Notes: a model not told the origin generated them from the sequence alone. Shown: positions 8,453 through 18,756, counted from the stretch's first letter. The stretch: 35,904 nucleotides of DNA from Clostridiales bacterium (GCA_012523875.1 JAAYSW010000139.1:1-35904), one strand, 5' to 3'. Made by a program: numbers and translations.

Positions 8453-9128
8453 ATTTATTATTTTGTCCAAACTGCAATTCTCCAAATTTTGATTCATATG
8501 AACCAGCATTATTAGTACTAGAAAATCTCTGTGCCGAAAAGGTTGTAGTCGCAGCAAAAGGGTCTTTAACTTCTTCTTTATTAGAATAAGCCTCTGATTC
8601 CACGGATTCATCAGGTTGATTATTCTCTTGCTCCTCCTCAATCTCCTCATCAATTTCAGGTAGTGCTGAAATCATCTCAAGATGTATCTTGTACATATCA
8701 AACAGGGTTTTCTTAAATTCAGTTACCTCTCGCTGAGTTTTCAACAAAACTTCTCTTTCCTTTTCAATTGCGGCTTGATTTCTTTCCACAGCATTCTCAT
8801 ATTTCTGTTCAGCCTCCTCAATCATGTTAGCTGATTTCGCTTCTGCATCATTTAAAATGCTCTCTGCTTTTTCTTGTGCTTCAGCAATAACTCTATGCCC
8901 TTGCTTCTGTGCACCCAATAACGCATCCTTTAATGCATCCTCATCTTGTCGATATTCACGAACCTTATCCGCAAGAATTTGGAGTTTGCTTTCTATATCA
9001 TTACGCTCTTTCTGCATCATTGTCAGTTCTGTAACAAGCTCTTTTAAGAACTCATCAACTTCCTCCTGTTTATAGCCAAAAGCTGCCTTTTCAAATCTTC
9101 TATTGCTTATATCTTTCGCACTAATCAA
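8451..9128 (-). CDS. divIVA: Cell-division / septum-site protein DivIVA
   Basis: The N-terminal lipid-binding domain (ISAKDISNRRFEKAAFGYKQEEVDEFL) is followed by a long coiled coil. I prefer the TTG at 9128, with GAGGTGA 5 nt upstream, over the track's GTG at 9137, which has no spacing to the SD. Confidence 0.9.
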   Translation of the reverse strand: MISAKDISNRRFEKAAFGYKQEEVDEFLKELVTELTMMQKERNDIESKLQILADKVREYRQDEDALKDALLGAQKQGHRVIAEAQEKAESILNDAEAKSANMIEEAEQKYENAVERNQAAIEKEREVLLKTQREVTEFKKTLFDMYKIHLEMISALPEIDEEIEEEQENNQPDESVESEAYSNKEEVKDPFAATTTFSAQRFSSTNNAGSYESKFGELQFGQNNK

Positions 9129-9140
9129 CTTTCTCACCTC

Positions 9141-9959
9141 TTACATATATTTTTTTATCTCAATATGAATTCTTCCCTTTTTAGTTATTCCATTCACCTT
9201 ACTAAGAATAAATTTTCCATAGCCTCTAACTGAGAATATATCCCCCTCTTTCAAAACCATTGATAAGGATTCAGCTGGAAAATAATTCACTGAAACATAG
9301 CACATTTTTATAAGCTGTGCAGACTTATCACGACCTTGATTTATAGCCGAACTAACCAGTGCATCAAGCCTTAGTGAAGCTACGGTATCTTTTTTTATTA
9401 TAAAATTATGCTGAATAGTTAAGTTTAATTCCTCATCATCAGTGACCCTCACTCCGACCTTACTAATTTTATCTATTTCATTTAATACCAATTTACTCAC
9501 AGCATCACTTACCATTACTTGTGTCTTACCTTTAGCAATTATAATATCACCAATAGCTTCCCTTTTAACTTGTAATGCCATAATTGTGCCAAGAAAATCT
9601 CTATGCGAAAGTTCATCTGTTTTCCGATAGTGGAAGGTTAGACATTTTATTGGCACATTCACAATATCTGGGTTATTATACTCATCATGGATACAGATAA
9701 TTTTCCTATCTGCATCCTTATAACCACCCCATGTAAAATATTTAAGTGTAGGATAGCCTTTTATCGCTATTGACCCATCGGTAGCCATTGATTTAATATT
9801 TTGAGTTTTCAAGCATGATTCAACCAAAGCACACTGTCTTTGGTCTAGAAAAAAAGTGTATCTTGGTGTGGAATTCTTCAAACAAATTTCAATCATATCC
9901 CGAATTTTTGCAATAAGAATCTTATCTTTTTCTATCAATTTATTGTAATTGAAATCCAT
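9141..9959 (-). CDS. ylmH: YlmH-family RNA-binding (S4-domain) protein of the division cluster
   Basis: 272 aa with a C-terminal S4-like segment (RLDALVSSAINQGRDKSAQLIKMCYVSVN). It sits in the conserved position between sepF and divIVA. Confidence 0.8.
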   Translation of the reverse strand: MDFNYNKLIEKDKILIAKIRDMIEICLKNSTPRYTFFLDQRQCALVESCLKTQNIKSMATDGSIAIKGYPTLKYFTWGGYKDADRKIICIHDEYNNPDIVNVPIKCLTFHYRKTDELSHRDFLGTIMALQVKREAIGDIIIAKGKTQVMVSDAVSKLVLNEIDKISKVGVRVTDDEELNLTIQHNFIIKKDTVASLRLDALVSSAINQGRDKSAQLIKMCYVSVNYFPAESLSMVLKEGDIFSVRGYGKFILSKVNGITKKGRIHIEIKKYM

Positions 9960-9964
9960 GGATA

Positions 9965-10402
9965 CTAAATTATTACTCCATTACTTTCTAATTCCCCGAC
10001 TAAATCTTCACCAATAAAGTCCACATTATAGGGTGTAATAATATAAGTTAGATTAGCGACTGGCTTTAAACTACCACCATTAGCATAGGCAACACCGACC
10101 AAGAAATCGATAATTCTTCTTTTATTATCAGCAGAGGCAGTTTCCAAATTTAAAACAACTGTTTTCTTTGCAATAAGGTGGTCGGCAATCTGTTTCGCAT
10201 CCGTAAAAACTTCAGGCTTTACAAGCACAACCTGTAATTGTGTAGTAGCCTGTATATTAACAACTTTATTTCTTCGCTCCTCAGCTGTATCATAGGGTTG
10301 TTGTTCCCTTGCAAAGCTATGTGCTTCCTGATGTTGCTCTTGAGCATAATCCTCATCATCTGGTGGCAGAAAAAATTCTTTTATATTCTCTAAAATTTTC
10401 AT
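9965..10402 (-). CDS. sepF: Cell-division protein SepF
   Basis: It has an N-terminal amphipathic segment (MKILENIKEFF), a disordered linker, and a conserved C-terminal core (VVLVKPEVFTDAKQIADHLIAKKTVVLNL...IIDFLVGVAYANGG). Confidence 0.9.
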   Translation of the reverse strand: MKILENIKEFFLPPDDEDYAQEQHQEAHSFAREQQPYDTAEERRNKVVNIQATTQLQVVLVKPEVFTDAKQIADHLIAKKTVVLNLETASADNKRRIIDFLVGVAYANGGSLKPVANLTYIITPYNVDFIGEDLVGELESNGVII

Positions 10403-10487
10403 TATAAATCTCCTCTTCTATACATTCTTTTATTTTATAATCAACTTATGTATCAATTTAAAATTATGCCCTTTTATTTATAGATTA

Positions 10488-11183
10488 TTAATAAACCCTC
10501 TCACCAAAAAGGGCGCTACCAATCCTAATCATATTTGAGCCATATTTTATTGCATTCTGATAATCACTAGACATTCCCATTGAAAGAATATTCATATCTA
10601 TATTATCTATGTTTTCTTCCAAAATGTCAATATAAAGATTCTGCATTTTATAAAAAATTTCTTCAGATGCATCAATAGGTGGGATTGTCATAAGCCCCTT
10701 TATTTTTATATTATGCAAATTTGATAGTTCTAATACAACTCCCTTCAACATATTAGGCAATATTCCATATTTAGATTCTTCACCACCAATATTAACTTCA
10801 ACTAGAACATCTTGTATCTTCCCTATTCTTTCTGAAAGTTTATTAATCTGCTTTGCGATTTTAATGCTATCTACAGACTGGATAAGGTCCATATCATCAA
10901 TTATATACTTCACTTTATTTGATTGGAGGTGTCCAATAAAATGAATTTCAGCCCTTTTATCGTATGAATTCTTTTTTGATAAGAATTCCTGTACTCTATT
11001 TTCCCCGATTTTATCTATTCCGCATGAAATCGCATAATTAACTGCTTCAGCTGGGACCGTTTTTGTAACTGCAATAATATCTACCTTACCACCATTTTGA
11101 TATTTAGCAGCTGAATCCCCGACTTCATATATAATTCTTTTATAATTTTCCTCAATATAGTTAAAACTAGTTTCCATTTGCAT
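10488..11183 (-). CDS. yggS: YggS/YlmE-family pyridoxal-phosphate homeostasis protein
   Basis: It has the AVTKT PLP-lysine motif, HFIGHLQSNK, and a C-terminal SMGMS.D. The ATG at 11183 (or 11177) follows GAGGG. The start overlaps the last codons of the upstream gene. Confidence 0.9.
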   Translation of the reverse strand: MQMETSFNYIEENYKRIIYEVGDSAAKYQNGGKVDIIAVTKTVPAEAVNYAISCGIDKIGENRVQEFLSKKNSYDKRAEIHFIGHLQSNKVKYIIDDMDLIQSVDSIKIAKQINKLSERIGKIQDVLVEVNIGGEESKYGILPNMLKGVVLELSNLHNIKIKGLMTIPPIDASEEIFYKMQNLYIDILEENIDNIDMNILSMGMSSDYQNAIKYGSNMIRIGSALFGERVY

Positions 11184-12429
11184 CAATACCCTCTACAATA
11201 ATATCATCATATAAAACTACATATTCGCTTCCTTTGTTTTTATTTGAAATTACGTAATTATCACCTTCAAATATTACATCAAGTTTCTTAAACAAAATTT
11301 GTTCCCCAAGCTTGACATAAACCCCCCTGTAATTAGTAACTTTTTTAATCTCCTCACCAGTAATACCATCAGTTACAATCTCCTCGATTTCCTTAAAACG
11401 CAGTGCTTTTCTAGGGACCTTAATTCCCTCATATTCACCCTTTATCATCTCCACTCGTTCAGTCCTATGTTGAACAAGATCATATGTAAGTTTATCACAG
11501 GATAATATTATAATACTTTCCTCCAGATTATCCGTTGATTTAATTTTATCTATAACCGCTCTTACCTTCTGTGGAGTTGATTCAAACTTTAGATATACGG
11601 CTTCAGTTTCTACATATTTCTTATTAGAATTATTGATTACACCAACCACATACCACTTATAACCATCAATAGTTTTTCCTAAGACGCCTTCCGTTGTTCC
11701 AGTATTATTATCTTTAATTGAATTAATATATTCAACCGTTAAATTATCGATATTATCTGTAGTAAGCTCGCCCTCATAGCCATCTATATGGCTTACAAAA
11801 TAGCTTGATTCATCCGAAATAATTCTATCAATAGGAGCAGATTGGCTTGATTTAAGCGAATCTATTTCTGATTGTATTTCATCAATATTTTGCCGGATAT
11901 TAAGCCGATATTCATCTGAATTACCTGTTACCATCTGCATTGTACTTATTAATATAAGCAATTCTTCTTTATTGGAAGCAAGTGAATCTATATCATTCGT
12001 TTCAAGATTATAAATAGTGCTTTTATACTTTTCCAAAATTAGATTTGATAGCGACGCTGGTTTTTCTACATCACTTGTTCCTGGGTTATCAATTTTTTTT
12101 AATATATCAAGTTCATGGTTAAGTTTTTCTATCTTTTGCTTAGTCTCAATTTCTATATCGGATGCATAAATTTCAGCTATCGTCGTGCCCTTACCAAGTT
12201 TCCCACCATCTTGGACAGAATAACTCACAGCACCATTACCGCTATAAAGCAAGGGTTTTTCATCTCTGATATAGACTCCCTTGAATGAAACTGAATCCTC
12301 TGCTGATGCAAGGATTGCAGTTTCAGTTATAAACTCTTTATTAACGAGATGATAAATCACACTTGAAACCATTAATGTAATAAAAACAACAAGCAAAGCA
12401 ACAAGCACTTTTGATGTATTAGCATTCAT
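11167..12429 (-). CDS. Orphan HlyD / membrane-fusion-protein-like bitopic protein (function unknown)
   Basis: It has an N-terminal TM segment (VLVALLVVFITLMVSSVIY). A split lipoyl-like beta domain (SVSFKGVYIRD...VQDGGKLGKGTTIAEIY and APIDRIISDESSYFVSHIDGYEGEL) flanks a coiled-coil hairpin of about 110 aa. A C-terminal beta-barrel-like region follows. No ABC or RND partner is adjacent. Confidence 0.6.
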   Translation of the reverse strand: MNANTSKVLVALLVVFITLMVSSVIYHLVNKEFITETAILASAEDSVSFKGVYIRDEKPLLYSGNGAVSYSVQDGGKLGKGTTIAEIYASDIEIETKQKIEKLNHELDILKKIDNPGTSDVEKPASLSNLILEKYKSTIYNLETNDIDSLASNKEELLILISTMQMVTGNSDEYRLNIRQNIDEIQSEIDSLKSSQSAPIDRIISDESSYFVSHIDGYEGELTTDNIDNLTVEYINSIKDNNTGTTEGVLGKTIDGYKWYVVGVINNSNKKYVETEAVYLKFESTPQKVRAVIDKIKSTDNLEESIIILSCDKLTYDLVQHRTERVEMIKGEYEGIKVPRKALRFKEIEEIVTDGITGEEIKKVTNYRGVYVKLGEQILFKKLDVIFEGDNYVISNKNKGSEYVVLYDDIIVEGIDANGN

Positions 12430-12441
12430 TTAATATAATCC

Positions 12442-12681
12442 TTATGAATTTCTATCTTCAGAATCTAAGATAGAAATTGTTTTTAACGGAATAATTGTTG
12501 AAATCGCATGCTTGTACACTAAATTTTGTTTGTTTTCACAATCAAGTATAACTGTAAAATTATCAAATCCTTTTACAATTCCTTTAAACTGAAATCCATT
12601 CGTTAAAAAAATGGTAACAGGAATCTTTTCTTTCCTTGCCTGGTTTAGGAAAACGTCTTGCAAGTTCATTGATTTGCTCAT
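12442..12681 (-). CDS. hfq: RNA chaperone Hfq
   Basis: 79 aa with Sm1/Sm2 motifs ([40 protein letters not shown]...[10 protein letters not shown]). It sits downstream of miaA, as in many bacteria. Confidence 0.95.
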   Translation of the reverse strand: MSKSMNLQDVFLNQARKEKIPVTIFLTNGFQFKGIVKGFDNFTVILDCENKQNLVYKHAISTIIPLKTISILDSEDRNS

Positions 12682-12762
12682 TTTAACAACAAACTCCTTC
12701 TTTTATATTTTGTAATACCTATTTTATCTTACATTTAAAATATTAACTTAAACTTGTATTAT

Positions 12763-12771
12763 ATTATACCA
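12763..12771 (-). promoter_or_regulatory. Possible extended -10 promoter element for hfq
   Basis: The minus strand reads TGGTATAAT. The -35 is poor (TAGCCA at 17 nt) and lies in the miaA 3' end. Confidence 0.3.
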
Positions 12772-12780
12772 TATATTTTT

Positions 12781-13734
12781 TTATTTGGCTATAACTTTTT
12801 TACATTCAAATAGAATTTTTTCCATTGAATCAAATTTATCAAGCATTATCCAGTGTATTTCCTTATTTCTTCTAAACCATGTCAACTGTCTTTTAGCATA
12901 ACGTCTAGTTTCTAGCTTGATTTTTTCCAAACATTCTGTTAAATTACTAATACCTTTAAAGTAGGGTATTAACTCTTTATAACCTATTGCCTTGCTCGAT
13001 GTGAATATTTCATTATTTCGATTTTCGCTAATCTCAGCCTTATATATAGCCTCGCATTCCTCGATAAGTCCTTTTTCAACCATAATGTCAACACGTCTAT
13101 TTATCCTGTTATATAACATTGCTCTATCAGAAAAATTTAAACCAATTATTTTATAATCATAAGGACTAGTTATTTTCTTACTTTCAACCTTTAATTCGCT
13201 TAACTTCCTTCCTGTCAATTCAAATACCTCAATAGCTCTAATAATCCTTGTTAAATTATTTGCGTGTAAATTGTCGGCAGTTTCCCTATCAATCCCTTTA
13301 AGCCTTTCAAGAAGAGCTTCATTTCCAAGTTCCTCTGCCTCTGATGTAAGTCTTGCTCTTAATTCTAAATCAGCCTTAATTTCTGGAAATTGAATATTAT
13401 CAAAAAGAGAAGATATATATAAACCAGTCCCCCCCACAATTATTGGTAGTTTATTGCGATTATTAACCTCCTCTATCTTCGCCCTAGCAATATCAACATA
13501 ATTAGCAACGCTAAAGCTTATATCCCTTTCCAAAAAACCAATAAGATGATGGGGTACCCCCTGCATTTCTTCAACACTCGGCTTCGCTGTTGCAATATCC
13601 ATACCCTTATAAATTTGCATAGAATCGGCTGATATTATCTCCCCGTTATAAGTCTTTGCAAGCTCTATGCCTAATGTTGTTTTTCCTGAAGCAGTAGGAC
13701 CAACAACCGCTATAACAGGTATCTTCTCATTCAT
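12781..13734 (-). CDS. miaA: tRNA dimethylallyltransferase
   Basis: It has the P-loop GPTASGKT near the N-terminus plus SADSMQIYKGMDIATAKP and GGTGLY motifs. Confidence 0.95.
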   Translation of the reverse strand: MNEKIPVIAVVGPTASGKTTLGIELAKTYNGEIISADSMQIYKGMDIATAKPSVEEMQGVPHHLIGFLERDISFSVANYVDIARAKIEEVNNRNKLPIIVGGTGLYISSLFDNIQFPEIKADLELRARLTSEAEELGNEALLERLKGIDRETADNLHANNLTRIIRAIEVFELTGRKLSELKVESKKITSPYDYKIIGLNFSDRAMLYNRINRRVDIMVEKGLIEECEAIYKAEISENRNNEIFTSSKAIGYKELIPYFKGISNLTECLEKIKLETRRYAKRQLTWFRRNKEIHWIMLDKFDSMEKILFECKKVIAK

Positions 13735-13742
13735 TTTATCAA

Positions 13743-15665
13743 TTATCCCCTTTTAAACTGCTTTTCCATTTCCCTCTTTGATAAAGAAAACATTATAGGT
13801 CGACCATGAGGACAGTGTCGAATGTTTTCATTGAAATATACTTGTTCCGCAAGTGATTTTAATTCCTCTATGCTATTTTTATCGTTTGCTTTAATTGCTG
13901 CCTTGCAAGCTAATGTATGAAACATCTCGTCAAGTAAATTTGTTTGTGGATTAATCTTATTCATATATAAATTTTGAGCTATTTCAGGTATAACCTCATC
14001 CATATCAAGCTTTTCAAGATAAGTGGGTATTGCAATAGTATAAACATATGGCTTATTATCAAAATCAAGTTTAAAACCCATTCTCTCAAGTTCTTTGTTG
14101 CTGCCTAGCATAGCATCATATTCCTTAAGGGATAGCAAAACCTTACAGGGTGTTATTAGAAATTGACTCTCCGCATTATCTCCTTCAGTTTTCAAATTTT
14201 CATATATAACTCGTTCATGTGCTGCGTGCTTATCTATTATAATTATATTATCCTCAACCTCTGCTAAAACATAATTAAGAAATGCCTCGCCCACAATCCG
14301 CAAGATTGGTTTTGGCTTTTCAATTTGAATATCAGTTTTAATATCCTCCTCTTTACTTTGTTCAAGAGAATGGCTACTAATATATTTAAAGCCCTCTATA
14401 TTATCTTCCTGCCCAATATCCTTGTTTTGTGTATTAACCGTATGCTCAGGGGCTTCTATATTTTTTTTATTTTCAAATTCATCAAATTCTTCAACCGTAG
14501 GCATTATAATAACGGATTCATTAACCCTTTTCTTGCTAGCTGTTTCCTCATATGAAACTTGTATTTGTTCCCTTGCAGCAGGAGTTTGTGCAAGTGTTTG
14601 TTGCTGGAAATCCTCTTGCTCATCTTCCTTGCTAAGCCAATCACTTTTCTTTTTCATCTGAAATTCATAAATTAAACCTGATTTCATTAGGGCATTTTTA
14701 ATTGCAAAATAAATACTATTGAATATCAGTTTTTCATTAGAAAATCTAACCTCTATTTTAGCTGGATGTACATTCACATCTATAATTGATGGATGAACAT
14801 CAATTTTTAATACACAGGCTGGAAATCTTCCTACCATAATCAAACTTTTATATGCTTCCTCTAGGGCGATACTGCAAGTTAGTGATTTAATATATCTACC
14901 ATTAACAAAAAAGTTTTGAAACGAACGGTTATGCCTTGAATATAATGGTTTAACTGTATAACCATTAATGCTAACACCATTTTCTTGATAATCAACCTCA
15001 ATTAAATCATGAGCAAAATTCTTTCCATATATAGAATATATTGCTGAGTAAAGTGAGCCATCGCCCGTCGAATTGAAATCAAGCTTATTATCCCTTATCA
15101 TTTTTATTGCAACCTCTGGATGAGAAAGAGCAATCTTCTGTAATATAAAGGATATAGCATTAGCTTCCGTAACATCTTTTTTCATAAACTTTTGACGTGC
15201 TGGAACATTATAAAAAAGATCACGAATGATTATTGTTGTTCCATCGGGACAGCCTGTTTGCTGATTAAGCTTTTCAACACTGCCCTCTATTTTATAATTT
15301 ACGCCAAATTTATCACTTACCTGTTTTGATAATACTTCAACCCTAGATACTGCTGCAATTGATGCAAGAGCCTCACCTCTAAACCCAAGCGTTTCTATAT
15401 TATCTAAGTCAGATTTGCTATTCACTTTACTAGTTGCATGACGTAAAAAAGCTGTTTCAATATCATCTTTAGATATCCCACAACCATTATCAACTATTTT
15501 CATATAGGTAGTTCCACCATTTTTTATCTCGACCGTTATATGATTTGCACCTGCATCAATTGAATTTTCTACAAGTTCCTTTATCACTGATGCAGGACGC
15601 TCTATAACCTCACCCGCCGCAATAAGTTCAGAAACTTCCCTACTTAATACTGTTATTTTCGCCAT
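13743..15665 (-). CDS. mutL: DNA mismatch repair protein MutL (endonuclease-proficient type)
   Basis: The GHKL ATPase N-terminus (ELVENSIDAGA, DNGCGI) is present. The C-terminal domain has the endonuclease motif DKHAAHERVIYE and CPHGRP. Confidence 0.95.
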   Translation of the reverse strand: MAKITVLSREVSELIAAGEVIERPASVIKELVENSIDAGANHITVEIKNGGTTYMKIVDNGCGISKDDIETAFLRHATSKVNSKSDLDNIETLGFRGEALASIAAVSRVEVLSKQVSDKFGVNYKIEGSVEKLNQQTGCPDGTTIIIRDLFYNVPARQKFMKKDVTEANAISFILQKIALSHPEVAIKMIRDNKLDFNSTGDGSLYSAIYSIYGKNFAHDLIEVDYQENGVSINGYTVKPLYSRHNRSFQNFFVNGRYIKSLTCSIALEEAYKSLIMVGRFPACVLKIDVHPSIIDVNVHPAKIEVRFSNEKLIFNSIYFAIKNALMKSGLIYEFQMKKKSDWLSKEDEQEDFQQQTLAQTPAAREQIQVSYEETASKKRVNESVIIMPTVEEFDEFENKKNIEAPEHTVNTQNKDIGQEDNIEGFKYISSHSLEQSKEEDIKTDIQIEKPKPILRIVGEAFLNYVLAEVEDNIIIIDKHAAHERVIYENLKTEGDNAESQFLITPCKVLLSLKEYDAMLGSNKELERMGFKLDFDNKPYVYTIAIPTYLEKLDMDEVIPEIAQNLYMNKINPQTNLLDEMFHTLACKAAIKANDKNSIEELKSLAEQVYFNENIRHCPHGRPIMFSLSKREMEKQFKRG

Positions 15666-15675
15666 ATTCCCACCC

Positions 15676-18282
15676 TTATATGAGTTTCATCAAATCTTCT
15701 ATAAACTCTCTACATTCCTCATCTGTCAATTCATCAACATTAGTTTTCCTCAACCTATCTGCAATAACCTCATTATTCAACGAAGAAAAGCTAATTTGAG
15801 CGTCATTCTTATTTGATAAAGCGATGTCACTATTTGAGTGGTCCTCCATTTCCAAGAGAAATTCTTTAGCCCTAGAAATAACCTTATTAGGAATGCCAGC
15901 GAGCCTTGCAACATCAATTCCATAGCTATCATCAACACCGCCAGGTACAATTTTTCTTAGAAACCTTATTTTATCCCCATGTTTTTTTACTGCGATACTG
16001 AAGTTTCTTATGCCTTCATTGGTATATTCTAGTTCAATTAGCTCATGATAATGAGTTGCAAAAAGAGTTTTACAGCCGAGTGACCTTGAATTACAAATAT
16101 GCTCCGCAACAGCTTTAGCAATGCTTACACCATCAAAGGTTGAGGTCCCTCTACCAACCTCATCAAGTATTACAAGGCTGTTTTTAGTAGCATATCTTAA
16201 GATATCTGCAACCTCGCTCATCTCGACCATAAATGTACTCTGTCCAGCAGCTAAATCGTCTGATGCACCAACTCTTGTGAATATTTTATCTACAACAGAA
16301 ACTTTTGCATATCTAGCAGGAACAAAGCAACCAATTTGTGCCATCAGTGTAATTAATGCCACCTGCCGCATATATGTAGATTTTCCTGACATATTCGGTC
16401 CAGTAATTATAGACATTTTATTAGCCTTAATGTCTAGATATGTATCATTAGGTACAAAAACTTCATCTTTAAGCATTAACTCAACAACTGGATGACGACC
16501 ATCCTTTATATCAATTATTCCATCTATTGAAATTTCAGGTTTCCTGTATAAGTTTTTTAATGATACATTTGCAAACGAACATAGAACATCAATCGTTGCA
16601 ATGGCATTAGCTGTATTCTGAACAACTTCAAGCTTATTTGCGAGATAATCACGAATTTCAATGAAAATATCAGACTCAAGCACTAATGCTTTTTCCTTTG
16701 CATTTAATATATCATTCTCAGTGTTTTTAAGTTCCTCCGTAATAAATCTCTCACAATTTGCAAGTGTTTGTTTACGAATATATTCTTTAGGAACTAAGTC
16801 ATAATAAGACCTTGTAACTTCAATATAATAACCAAAAACTCGATTATATCCAATCTTCAAATTCTTAATGCCAGTTTTCTCCCGCTCCCTCTCTAATATT
16901 TGTTCTATAATATCATTCCCATTTGACATGATATTGCGAAGCTTGTCCAAATCCTTATTAAAACCATCTTTAATAATCCCACCATCTTTAATAGAAACTG
17001 GTGGTTCATCCATAATAGAGTTTTCAACAAGATTAGATATATCCTCAAGAGTTGAGATATTATTGTTCATAAGACATAAGAGTTTTGAATCCTTTAACTC
17101 ATCAAGCTGATTCTTCAAAGAGGGAAGTTGCAATGAAGTTACTGAAAGCGATTTTAAATCCCTTGGGGTTGCTGTTTTATATACAACCCTTGTCATTAAT
17201 CGTTCTAAATCATATACCTTTTCTAAAACATCACATATTTCCATCAATACAACTGACTTTTTACAAAGCTGTTCTACCGCATCAAGCCTTTCTATAATCC
17301 TTGCAGGGCTTATTAGTGGTTGTTCTATATATGTTTTAAGTAATCTCTTTCCCATTGAAGTTTTAGTCGAATCCAGAACCCATAATAATGACCCTTTTTT
17401 CGTCTTATCTCTAAGTGTTTCAGTAAGCTCAAGATTACGCCTTGCAGTTAAATCCAGACCCATATACTGATTTTCCGTCTGTATGTTTATTGAAGTAAAT
17501 CTCCCTACAAGAATTTTCTGCATTTCTGATATATAATCAAATAAACCACAAACACATGAAGCGTCTATGCCGTCCTTATCCAATCCCAAATATTCAAATG
17601 AATCAGCTGAAAACTGTGTTAAAACAACAGGGTTCTTATGTTCAAATGAAAAGCATACGTCGTCACGCAAAGTTACAGAACTCTTTAATCTAGTTTTTAT
17701 GAAATCAGTTACTGCCTTGAGATCCAAGAAATCAGAATTAAAAACTATTTCGGATGGATTGTATCTAGATAATTCATTGATAATATCAGTTTGTATATCC
17801 TTGCCTTTCTTTACTGAAAGATTTACCTCCCCAGTTGAGATATCAGCAAAGCATAAAGCACATTCACCATCCTTATAATATAATGAACATAAGTAATTAT
17901 TACTTGAATCGTCAAGCATACTACTTTCAATCAATGTTCCAGGAGTAACAACCCTTACAACATCTCTTTCCACTATCCCCTTACTTTCAGATGGATCAGA
18001 TATCTGCTCACAAATAGCAACCTTATAACCAATCTCAATTAACTTTTTTATATACATTTCACTACTGTGATAAGGCACTCCACACATAGGAGCACGCTCT
18101 TTTAATCCACAATCCCTACCTGTTAATGTAAGCTCTAATGCTTTCGATACAATTATTGCGTCATCAAAAAACATCTCATAAAAATCCCCAAGACGAAAGA
18201 ATAATATATGTCCCTTATATCTATTTTTTATCTCCATATACTGCTTCATCATTGGTGAAATCTTGCTCTTATCTATTTCCAT
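15676..18282 (-). CDS. mutS: DNA mismatch repair protein MutS
   Basis: It has the N-terminal mismatch-binding motif (TPMMKQY-like SPMMKQYMEIK, GDFYEMF), the Walker A motif GPNMSGKST, and ST(F)MVEM. Confidence 0.97.
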   Translation of the reverse strand: MEIDKSKISPMMKQYMEIKNRYKGHILFFRLGDFYEMFFDDAIIVSKALELTLTGRDCGLKERAPMCGVPYHSSEMYIKKLIEIGYKVAICEQISDPSESKGIVERDVVRVVTPGTLIESSMLDDSSNNYLCSLYYKDGECALCFADISTGEVNLSVKKGKDIQTDIINELSRYNPSEIVFNSDFLDLKAVTDFIKTRLKSSVTLRDDVCFSFEHKNPVVLTQFSADSFEYLGLDKDGIDASCVCGLFDYISEMQKILVGRFTSINIQTENQYMGLDLTARRNLELTETLRDKTKKGSLLWVLDSTKTSMGKRLLKTYIEQPLISPARIIERLDAVEQLCKKSVVLMEICDVLEKVYDLERLMTRVVYKTATPRDLKSLSVTSLQLPSLKNQLDELKDSKLLCLMNNNISTLEDISNLVENSIMDEPPVSIKDGGIIKDGFNKDLDKLRNIMSNGNDIIEQILEREREKTGIKNLKIGYNRVFGYYIEVTRSYYDLVPKEYIRKQTLANCERFITEELKNTENDILNAKEKALVLESDIFIEIRDYLANKLEVVQNTANAIATIDVLCSFANVSLKNLYRKPEISIDGIIDIKDGRHPVVELMLKDEVFVPNDTYLDIKANKMSIITGPNMSGKSTYMRQVALITLMAQIGCFVPARYAKVSVVDKIFTRVGASDDLAAGQSTFMVEMSEVADILRYATKNSLVILDEVGRGTSTFDGVSIAKAVAEHICNSRSLGCKTLFATHYHELIELEYTNEGIRNFSIAVKKHGDKIRFLRKIVPGGVDDSYGIDVARLAGIPNKVISRAKEFLLEMEDHSNSDIALSNKNDAQISFSSLNNEVIADRLRKTNVDELTDEECREFIEDLMKLI

Positions 18283-18324
18283 TAAAAGCTTCGCTCCTTA
18301 ATTCATACGTAGTTAAGGTTAATC

Positions 18325-18729
18325 TTAATTGCAACCACTACAACCCGAACAACCACCGCTACAATCAATTTGTGTGCCACAGGTTTCTGGATTCTCCCCA
18401 TTTGCACTCATTGTTATAATATTATTTATTTGGGATAAAAGCTCATCCATTGCATTCTTTGCGTCATTAAATGCCTCCATATTCGGATTAGCTATAATTT
18501 TACCATAAAGCTCTTTAATCTCTGTATCTAAATCTTTTAGTTTTTCTGTATCTTTTTCATCCTTTGACATCTCCATATTTAAATCAACACGTTTTAGATT
18601 AAACTCACCAATTAATGCTTGCAAATCCTCGTCCTTATCGTTTTTGTCCTTTGCCATAAAATATGCTTTATATCTCTCATCCTGTTGTATCATCTTTCCT
18701 AACTCTCTTGTTTTTTCAATAATATCCAT
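18325..18729 (-). CDS. ricA: YmcA/YlbF-family (UPF0342) protein, RicA homolog, with a Cys-rich C-terminal tail
   Basis: It is a helical protein of about 115 aa (ELGKMIQQDERYKAY..., FNDAKNAMDELL). It sits between miaB and mutS, matching the B. subtilis ymcB(miaB)-ymcA position. The tail reads CGTQIDCSGGCSGCSGCN. Confidence 0.75.
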   Translation of the reverse strand: MDIIEKTRELGKMIQQDERYKAYFMAKDKNDKDEDLQALIGEFNLKRVDLNMEMSKDEKDTEKLKDLDTEIKELYGKIIANPNMEAFNDAKNAMDELLSQINNIITMSANGENPETCGTQIDCSGGCSGCSGCN

Positions 18730-18756
18730 AATAATTCTCCTTTTTAAATATATATT

